DNA of 9,537 nucleotides from a virus (Duplodnaviria; Heunggongvirae; Uroviricota; Caudoviricetes): IMG/VR virus record IMGVR_UViG_2740892218_000005; one strand, 5' to 3'. Shown piece by piece: positions 1 to 9,329 of this stretch (position 1 is its first letter; each line of letters starts with the position of its first letter). The notes under the pieces were generated by a model. It saw only the letters and a program-made list of their open reading frames with translations, ran no database searches and was not told where the DNA came from. The position numbers and the translations under genes were made by a program.

Positions 1-33
1 TTCAACGGCCTGCTCAAGACCCTGTATGGCCAT
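1..33 (-). CDS. Z: Tail protein Z-like, 5' end only (first 11 codons; gene continues beyond window start)
   Basis: ATG at 33..31 (plus 'cat'), 11 nt downstream of the FII stop and preceded on the sense strand by AAGGGGGA; translation MAIQGLEQAVE matches my recollection of the lambda gpZ N-terminus (MAIKGLEQAVEN). Too short to judge alone; supported by synteny. Confidence 0.45.
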   Translation of the reverse strand, partial: MAIQGLEQAVE

Positions 34-44
34 ATATCCCCCTT

Positions 45-398
45 TCAGCGGCGACGGTTAACGGCAGGCGGTACGCCACGCCCGAGCCAGAGATGACAGC
101 TTCCGCCATCATCCGGCGAAATCCGGTCTATCCAGAAGTTTTCCTCACCGATGGTCAGCGTGTCGCCGCGCCGCAGCTGCCGCACATCATCAGTCCGGAC
201 AAACAGGGCCGGGCTGGAGCCTTCAACACGCACGCCCGGCCCGGCATAGCTGATATTTTCAGGGTCATCAAAAACACCACGTATCACAGCACCGGACTGC
301 TCACCGGATGTAATGGTGGCTGACGTTCCCATGTACCCGCGTATCGTTTCATCGGCGCAGGCAATGGCAGCATCGAACAGGTTATCGAAATCAGCCAC
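45..398 (-). CDS. FII: Head-tail connector / head completion protein FII
   Basis: 117-aa ORF (MADFDNLFDAAIACADETIRGYMG...GRGVPPAVNRRR), same length and near-identical to lambda gpFII as I recall it. GTG start at 398..396 preceded by GGGAGG; stop TGA at 47..45. Confidence 0.9.
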   Translation of the reverse strand: MADFDNLFDAAIACADETIRGYMGTSATITSGEQSGAVIRGVFDDPENISYAGPGVRVEGSSPALFVRTDDVRQLRRGDTLTIGEENFWIDRISPDDGGSCHLWLGRGVPPAVNRRR

Positions 399-409
399 AG
401 CGCCTCCCG

Positions 410-796
410 TTATTGCATTCTGGCCAGGCCGCGCTCTGTCATTTCAGCTGCCACACCGACAGAGACACGAAACGCCGTTCCCGGCAGCACAAATGCCACA
501 GCCTCATCCCGCGTGGCGTGAAGTGCATCAGTATGCAGCGTCACCAGTGCCACAACCGTGACCAGAGCAGCCGTATCAGTCACGGTATCCGGCTGCGCTG
601 ATACAGCCTCATTTTCATGTCCGGTCAGCGCATTTTCCGGGCTGATAGGGGTATCCTGATCGGCAGTGTCATCAAGCTCCTCTTCCAGCTCTGCCACACG
701 GAGCGTCAGTTCTTCTTTCGTTCCCCTCAAACTGACATCGCGGTTCAGTTGCTCACCCAGCTCCTGAAGACGGGCAATCAGTTCATCTTTCGTCAT
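410..796 (-). CDS. FI: DNA-packaging accessory protein FI
   Basis: Start ATG at 796..794 (MTKDELIARL...) preceded by GGAGGAG; 128 aa ending ...AAEMTERGLARMQ. N- and C-terminal thirds match lambda gpFI as recalled; the central acidic segment differs and is a few residues shorter. The ORF-track ORF (410..835) has an upstream in-frame extension that I reject. Confidence 0.8.
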   Translation of the reverse strand: MTKDELIARLQELGEQLNRDVSLRGTKEELTLRVAELEEELDDTADQDTPISPENALTGHENEAVSAQPDTVTDTAALVTVVALVTLHTDALHATRDEAVAFVLPGTAFRVSVGVAAEMTERGLARMQ

Positions 797-808
797 GAAC
801 TCCTCCAC

Positions 809-834
809 AGAGAGAAAATGGCCCCGAAGGGCCA
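809..834 (-). terminator. Sense-strand stem-loop with U-rich tail just after the E stop codon (possible partial terminator or mRNA stability element)
   Basis: Minus-strand reading: UAA UCG UGGCCC-UUCG-GGGCCA UUUUCUCUCU. A 6-bp GC-rich stem with a UUCG tetraloop followed by a U-rich run, then the FI Shine-Dalgarno. Confidence 0.3.
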
Positions 835-837
835 CGA

Positions 838-1863
838 TTACGCCAGTTGTACGGAAACGAACTCATCAGGGTCAGCCAGCAGCATCAGCGGTGCTGACTG
901 AATCATGGTGAACTCACGCGCCGGATCGCCGGTGGTCACCCAGTTTTTCGGATAACGGGGAGACGCATTAATACCCTCACTCAATGCATCCGCATCCTGA
1001 ATACAGCCATAAGTGCGCAGACCGCGTGCATGAGTGTTACCCAGCACCATCGTGTTGTCCGGCAGGAAGTTCTTTTTGACGCCGTTTTCCACGTACTGTC
1101 CGGAATACACGACGATGGCCACATCGCCATACATTCCCTTATAAGACACCACTTTGCCCAGGTCTTTTACCGCTGTCTCCAGCTCGGAATGAGAGCCACG
1201 ACGGGTATCCAGCTTCTCCCTGACGGCTTTGAAGGAACGGAACAGCGCCCAGCCTTTCGGATCAAACACGATGATATTCACCACGCCGCTGGCGTTCAGC
1301 GCGTAGGCTTCGATATCGTCGGTCGGGTCATACGTGGACTTGTCACGCTTGCTCCACTCCGTGCCGCCGGACTGCGTGATGTTGTTCGCCGCACTGCGGC
1401 CCATATCCACCTCAACCGGATCGAAGGCTTCACCGGTCATGGTGTATTTGCCCTTAAGCACGGCAGAAACGGCCTGCATCTCTTCGACCTGAGCAATGGC
1501 CAGCTCTTCGTCACGCATGTTCTGCATGATGATGCGACGGCGGCGGTAAGCCGGGTCTGCCAGATTCTGTGGATCTTCATCCGGCAGGCGACGCAGGGTC
1601 ATCTGCGGATTCACCTCATGCTTCGGCTTGACATATCCCGGCGTAAATTCAGAAGTGGAGCCGCCACGGGAGCGGATAACTTCACCGGAAACAATCGGCG
1701 AAACGTACAGCGCCATGTTTACCAGCCCCGGAATTTGTGAGAGATAGACTTTCTCCGTGGTGAAGGGATAGCTCTCACGGAAAAAGAGACGCAGAAACAA
1801 CGGATCAAACTTAAATTTCTGCTCATTTGCCGCCAGCAGCTGGGCGGTTGTGTACATCGACAT
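838..1863 (-). CDS. E: Major capsid protein E
   Basis: ATG at 1863..1861, 341 aa, MSMYTTAQLLAANEQKFKFDPLFLRLFF...DPDEFVSVQLA, near-identical to lambda gpE as recalled (341 aa). The ORF-track version (838..1890) starts 9 codons upstream at a non-homologous in-frame ATG. Confidence 0.93.
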   Translation of the reverse strand: MSMYTTAQLLAANEQKFKFDPLFLRLFFRESYPFTTEKVYLSQIPGLVNMALYVSPIVSGEVIRSRGGSTSEFTPGYVKPKHEVNPQMTLRRLPDEDPQNLADPAYRRRRIIMQNMRDEELAIAQVEEMQAVSAVLKGKYTMTGEAFDPVEVDMGRSAANNITQSGGTEWSKRDKSTYDPTDDIEAYALNASGVVNIIVFDPKGWALFRSFKAVREKLDTRRGSHSELETAVKDLGKVVSYKGMYGDVAIVVYSGQYVENGVKKNFLPDNTMVLGNTHARGLRTYGCIQDADALSEGINASPRYPKNWVTTGDPAREFTMIQSAPLMLLADPDEFVSVQLA

Positions 1864-1876
1864 AAAAAAATCCCGT

Positions 1877-1897
1877 AAAAAAAGCCGCACAGGCGGC
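1877..1897 (-). terminator. Sense-strand stem-loop with U7 in the D-E intergenic region (possible attenuator or RNA stability element)
   Basis: Minus-strand reading of the 55-nt D-E spacer: ...AAAGGCCGC-CUGU-GCGGCUUUUUUU ACGGGAUUUUUUU AUG. A 5-6 bp GC stem extendable by A:U pairs, directly followed by seven U. Confidence 0.3.
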
Positions 1898-1918
1898 CTT
1901 TAGTGATGAAGGGTAAGG

Positions 1919-2251
1919 TTAAACGATGCTGATTGCCGTTCCGGCAAACGCGGTCCGTTTTTTCGTCTCGTCGCTGGCAGCATCCGGCCAGAGCACATCC
2001 TCATAACGGAACGTGCCGGACTTGTAGAACGTCAGCGTGGTGCTGGTCTGGTCAGCAGCAACCGCCAGAATGCCAACGGCAGCGCCGTCGGTGGTGCCAT
2101 CCCACGCAACCAGCTTACGGGTGGAGGTGTCCAGCATCAGCGGGGTCATTGCAGGCGCTTTCGCACTCAATCCGCCTGGCGCGGTTGCGGTATGAGCCGG
2201 GTCACTGTTGCCCAGCGGCTGATAATGGGTAAAGGTTTCTTTGCTCGTCAT
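1919..2251 (-). CDS. D: Head decoration protein D
   Basis: 110 aa, [41 protein letters not shown]...[10 protein letters not shown], matching lambda gpD. Of the two ATGs (2257 and 2251), the second has proper spacing from the AAGGG Shine-Dalgarno that overlaps the C stop. Confidence 0.9.
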   Translation of the reverse strand: MTSKETFTHYQPLGNSDPAHTATAPGGLSAKAPAMTPLMLDTSTRKLVAWDGTTDGAAVGILAVAADQTSTTLTFYKSGTFRYEDVLWPDAASDETKKRTAFAGTAISIV

Positions 2252-2260
2252 AAACATCCC

Positions 2261-2866
2261 TTACACTGGTGTGTTCAGCAAATCGTTAACGGCATCAGGT
2301 GCCGGGTTACCTGCAGCCAGCGGTGCCGGTGCACCCTGCATCAGACGATCCAGCGCAGTGTCACTGCGCGCCTGTGCACTCTGTGATGCTGCGGCCAGAA
2401 TGCGGCGGGCCGTTTCCACGGTCATACCGGGGGTTTCGGCCAGCACACGTGCCTGTTCTTCACGTCCGTGGGCCTCTTCACAATTGAGGATCCCCATAAT
2501 GCGACTGTTTTCTGCCGCAACCGCTGCGGTGATCTGCGCGTTCACGTCCGGCTGCGCCGCGCTGGCGTTTTCGCCCTCCGTCGCTGTCACCACGCCAGTA
2601 ACGTCAGCCTGCGAAGCAGTGGCTGAAACAGTTGTTGATTGAGTCTCTTTGGTCATTCGCCCTCCTGAGAGACGGGATTTACGTGCATCCAGTGCATCAC
2701 GCATGACGGTGATCGCATCGGTGCTGTTAACAAGTTCATCAGCCAGTCCGGCATCAATGGCCTCCTGACCGCTGTACACTGCAGCCTCGGTATCCAGCAC
2801 GGCCTGCACGGACAGGCCGGTATATGCCGACACCTTCTGTGCAAACATCCGGCGGGTTGCATCCAT
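2261..2866 (-). CDS. Nu3: Scaffolding protein Nu3 (in-frame internal start within C, sharing the C-terminal 201 aa)
   Basis: Internal ATG at 2866..2864 (MDATRRMFAQKVSAYTGLSVQ...) gives a 606-nt nested gene, the same length as lambda Nu3 as I recall it. Nested-gene arrangement is established for lambda; the exact start here is inferred by position. Confidence 0.6.
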   Translation of the reverse strand: MDATRRMFAQKVSAYTGLSVQAVLDTEAAVYSGQEAIDAGLADELVNSTDAITVMRDALDARKSRLSGGRMTKETQSTTVSATASQADVTGVVTATEGENASAAQPDVNAQITAAVAAENSRIMGILNCEEAHGREEQARVLAETPGMTVETARRILAAASQSAQARSDTALDRLMQGAPAPLAAGNPAPDAVNDLLNTPV

Positions 2867-3560
2867 CCGGGACTGCAGTGTTTCCCGGACGTCATCCGGA
2901 AGATGGCTGTAGGGGTTGCCATCCACCTTATGGCTGCCGCTGTAAATCAGAGTGATTTCCACGCCCTGTTTCTCCAGCGCAGCACCGTAATTACTGTGAG
3001 CCATCATGACGCCGATGGAGCCTGTCCGGGCGGTCTGCGTGACCAGACGCCGGGAGGCGGCACTGGCAAGCAGCTGACCTGCACTGCAGTTCATGTCGTT
3101 GGCCAGCGCCCATACCGGTTTTATGTCACGCACACGGGCGATGATGTCAGCGCAGTCAAATGCCCCCGCCACCATTCCGCCTGGCGTATCCATATCGAGC
3201 AGAATGCCGTCCACCATCGGATCGCTGGCAGCCTGTTGCAGACGGGCGATAATGCCGTTGTAACCGGTCATCCCCGAATACGGCTGCAGCGCCCGCGTCC
3301 GGCTGACCAGCGTGCCGGACACCGGCAGCACGGCGATGCCGTTCATGACCTGATAACTGCGGGCCTGTCGTGGTCCGTCATCATCAACGGATAACGCCAG
3401 CGCCGCGGGTGCCTCTCCGACGGTCAGGCTGTCGCCGGACACCGCATCCGTCAGGCGGCTGATCCCAAGCTGGCCGGCAAGCGCACAAAAGAAAACCCGC
3501 GCATAGGCGGGTTCAAGCATCAGCGGCTCATTAAAGGCCATGCTGGCAATATGCGGGAGA

Positions 3561-3580
<20 letters not shown>
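2261..3580 (-). CDS. C: Capsid assembly (prohead) protease C, ClpP/S49-like serine peptidase fold
   Basis: GTG start at 3580..3578 preceded by GAGGAGGAG; 439 aa beginning (V/M)TAELRNLPHIASMAFNEPLMLEPAYARVFF..., matching lambda gpC in length and sequence as recalled. Overlaps the 3' end of B by 20 nt as in lambda. The ORF-track ORF (to 3712) is an out-of-context upstream extension. Confidence 0.87.
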
Positions 3581-7261
<3,681 letters not shown>

Positions 7262-7287
<26 letters not shown>

Positions 7288-7807
7288 TCAGCAACCCCGG
7301 TATCAGTTCATCCAGCGCGGCTGCTTTGTTCATGGCTTTGATGATATCCCGTTTCAGGAAATCAACATGTCGGTTTTCCAGTTCCGGAAAACGCCGCTGC
7401 ACCGACAGGGGGATCCCGTCGAGAATACTGGCAATTTCACCTGCGATCCGCGACAGCACGAAAGTACAGAATGCGGTTTCCACCACTTCAGCGGAGTCTC
7501 TGGCATTTTTCAGCTCCTGTGCGTCGGCCTGCGCACGCGTAAGTCGATGGCGTTCGTACTCAATAGTCCCTGGCTGGAGATCTGTCTCGCTGGCCTGCCG
7601 CAGTTCTTCAACTTCCCGGCGCAGCTTTTCGTTCTCAATTTCAGCATCCCTTTCGGCATACCATTTTATGACGGCGGCAGAATCATAAAGCACCTCATTA
7701 CCCTTGCCACCGCCTCGCAGAACGGGCATTCCCTGTTCCTGCCAGTTCTGAATGGTACGGATACTCGCACCGAAAATGTCAGCCAGCTGCTTTTTGTTGA
7801 CTTCCAT
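7262..7807 (-). CDS. Nu1: Terminase small subunit Nu1 (cosB-binding winged helix-turn-helix)
   Basis: 181 aa, MEVNKKQLADIFGASIRTIQNWQEQGMPVLRGGGKGNEVLYDSAAVIKWYAERD...SEYIEQSG, matching lambda gpNu1; ATG at 7807..7805. Confidence 0.93.
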
Positions 7808-7984
7808 TGTTCATTCCACGGACAAAAACAGAGAAAGGAAACGACAGAGGCCAAAAAGCCCGTTTTCAGCACCTGTCGTTTCCTTTCTTTTCAGGGGGGG
7901 TTTTAAATAAAAACATGACGTTACGGAGAAGAAGAACGGAAACGCCTTAAACCGGAAAATTTTCATAAATAGCGAAAATCCGCG
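7808..7984. promoter_or_regulatory. cosB (terminase small-subunit binding sites R1, R2, R3 with an intervening IHF-site region)
   Basis: Three copies of the gpNu1 R-element core CGTTTCC/GGAAACG in the lambda order and orientation: R1 7831..7848 (agagaaaggaaacgacag), R2 7873..7887 (ctgtcgtttcctttc), R3 7934..7946 (gaacggaaacgcc), with an A/T-rich segment between R2 and R3 where lambda has the I1 IHF site. The whole stretch is almost collinear with lambda nt 13-190 as recalled (one 1-bp indel). Confidence 0.7.
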
Positions 7985-7996
7985 CGCCTTCCGCCC
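7985..7996. other. cosN-homologous 12-mer (terminase nicking site); right half diverges from canonical lambda cosN
   Basis: Located by flanking homology: AAATAGCGAAAA-CCGCG on one side and CGTA-CCTGTC-GATC-CCGGAAAGGACCC on the other match lambda. The 12-mer in phage orientation is GGGCGGAAGGCG versus lambda GGGCGGCGACCT (from memory): first 6 nt identical, 5 of the last 6 differ. Confidence 0.5.
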
Positions 7997-8205
7997 CGTA
8001 GCCTGTCAGATCGCCGGAAAGGACCCACAAAAAATGAGAATAGTTATCATCTGCATGATGACTCATCAGAACGTGTGTGTACGCAATCTAACCACAAGAA
8101 ATGATCAATTATGACGCAGGCATTGCATCAATTGATCCACACCAAATTAACGTAAAAGCAACTTCAGAAAATACAAACAAGCAACACTGAATATGGGGCA
8201 ACATT

Positions 8206-8343
8206 ATGTCATCAAAGAACAGAACCCGCAGAACAACAGCCCTCAACATCCGATTTCCAAACCAGATGATTGAACAAATTAACATCGCTTTTGGTCAGAA
8301 AGGTTCAGGAATTTTTTCAGCGTGGATTATTGAAGTCTGCTGA
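8206..8343 (+). CDS. Small ribbon-helix-helix (CopG/Arc/MetJ-like) DNA-binding protein, putative; 45 aa
   Basis: ATG 8206 to TGA 8341-8343: MSSKNRTRRTTALNIRFPNQMIEQINIAFGQKGSGIFSAWIIEVC. A basic N-terminus, an alternating-polarity beta-strand (TALNIRF), helix (PNQMIEQINIAF), Gly-containing turn (GQKGSG) and second helix are the typical RHH pattern. Weak GGGG Shine-Dalgarno 7 nt upstream. Below the 60-aa cutoff of the supplied ORF track. Opposite strand to the late genes. Confidence 0.45.
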   Translation: MSSKNRTRRTTALNIRFPNQMIEQINIAFGQKGSGIFSAWIIEVC

Positions 8344-8448
8344 AGAAGACTAATTAATGAAAAACATTCTCAATTTGTACCCAACAAAAACAAACACGAC
8401 CAGAGCACCTGTTCAGACAGGTTTACTTAAACGACGTATATATGACAC

Positions 8449-8475
8449 AAAAAGCGACTACTAAAGTCGCTTTTT
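8449..8475. terminator. Bidirectional intrinsic-terminator-like hairpin between the convergent RHH ORF and PerC-like gene
   Basis: aaaaagcgac-tactaaa-gtcgcttttt: a 10-bp perfect inverted repeat (GC core gcgac) with a 7-nt loop, flanked by an A-run on one side and a T-run on the other, so a U-tract follows the stem on either strand. It lies 106 nt past the RHH stop and 37 nt past the PerC-like stop. Confidence 0.4.
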
Positions 8476-8511
8476 ATTATGGTAACAGGCAATAACTTTC
8501 TCAGATATTTT

Positions 8512-8826
8512 TTAGCATTTTTTTGACCGCGCGTTTCCGGACGTATTCTGTTCTCCTGTCCCTTTATATCGTCGGAATATCCGCCGCTCTTCAAATCCCA
8601 TTCCCAACTCAGAATGTAGTCTGTTGACCGCTTGCTTTATTTCTGTCAGATTCACCGGTGCAACCGAAGTCCGGCGCGCCTTACGCAAACACTCTGCTCG
8701 TTTCTGTGCCGCGATTTTTCTTTTCTGATCATCACTTAGCTGTACCATCACTTTTGCCCATCGTTCAGCCGCTCTCCGGTACAGTCCTTTTTTCTCCAGA
8801 CATTCAGCCAGGTGATCATGTAGCAT
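8512..8826 (-). CDS. PerC/Pch-family-like small transcriptional regulator (putative prophage moron), 104 aa
   Basis: ORF MLHDHLAECLEKKGLYRRAAERWAKVMVQLSDDQKRKIAAQKRAECLRKARRTSVAPVNLTEIKQAVNRLHSELGMGFEERRIFRRYKGTGEQNTSGNARSKKC; ATG 8826..8824 preceded by GGAGGT with 6-nt spacing. The N-terminal motif (HDHLAE-LE-KGL-RRAA-RW) and the ~100-aa size match my recollection of PerC and the prophage-encoded Pch proteins of EHEC. Family call is from memory of the motif, not a search. Confidence 0.55.
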   Translation of the reverse strand: MLHDHLAECLEKKGLYRRAAERWAKVMVQLSDDQKRKIAAQKRAECLRKARRTSVAPVNLTEIKQAVNRLHSELGMGFEERRIFRRYKGTGEQNTSGNARSKKC

Positions 8827-8920
8827 AAGTGACCTCCAATTATCTACAGATTACCATTCTAAATTTACCTGCCCTTAATAAGGGAACAATACTCCCCCCT
8901 CCACAGAAAGACAATAAAAC

Positions 8921-8993
8921 AACAAACAAAAATATAAATAACAAACAAAAATATAAATAACAAACAAAAATATAAATAACAAACAGAAATAAT
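8921..8993. repeat. Direct tandem repeat array, 19-bp unit AACAAACAAAAATATAAAT, three perfect copies plus a degenerate fourth
   Basis: Perfect copies at 8921..8939, 8940..8958 and 8959..8977; a degenerate partial copy at 8978..~8993 (aacaaacagaaataat); a partial unit-like sequence (acaataaaac) precedes at 8911..8920. No spacers, so not CRISPR. Lies 95-170 nt upstream of the PerC-like start codon. Confidence 0.9.
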
Positions 8994-9329
8994 CACGCTA
9001 TTTATTGTTTTTTACTGAAAGAACTATTACTGAACAAAAAACGCTGACTATATACTCAAGACCAAATAACTATTCTGCCAATCAAGTATCATAGCAACAT
9101 AAGGAATTACCGTGTTTTGCCTTCTCAGCCCATACAATATGAACATATACTTAATACTCTATTGTAATATTTTCATTCATGCGACCCACGTCATTTACCT
9201 GTAAATAATATTCAAAATATTTATCACAGAAATCGTTTTTGGCCATGATCTGAGCACACTATAAAGTCCGGAACTGGCTTTTTGTTAAATCCCCCCTAAC
9301 ACAACCATCAACACCTTTATAACAAAACA

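Noticed and set aside
1030-1740. Long plus-strand ORFs in the supplied track that lie antisense to the head genes (for example 1030..1740, 2903..3394, 4617..5168, 5470..6132, 6460..7341, 7367..7906)
   Set aside because: Each lies entirely within a minus-strand gene with strong lambda homology and correct length. They are Arg/Cys/His-rich shadow frames of GC-rich coding sequence and have no homology I recognise.
7666-7872. 68-aa minus-strand ORF overlapping the Nu1 start and cosB
   Set aside because: It is in an alternate frame over the Nu1 5' end and runs through the R1 and R2 terminase-binding sites. Cys/Phe-rich low-complexity translation; an accidental frame.
7894-7900. G7/C7 homopolymer in cosB, and the C6 tracts at 8893..8900 and 9290..9297, as phase-variation switches
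   Set aside because: The tracts are short (6-7 nt) and not inside coding sequence or at obvious promoter-spacer positions. Slipped-strand switching cannot be supported from a single sequence; noted only as candidates.
8921-8993. Possibility that the 19-bp repeats are a CRISPR array
   Set aside because: The repeats are directly abutting with no unique spacers, the units are AT-rich and non-palindromic, and there are no cas genes. It is a simple tandem repeat.
9146-9250. Very short ORFs in the AT-rich spacer (a 21-codon plus-strand hydrophobic peptide from 9146 and a roughly 31-codon minus-strand ORF from 9246)
   Set aside because: No Shine-Dalgarno of note, and their length and composition are what chance predicts in AT-rich DNA. 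Not callable without conservation or expression data.
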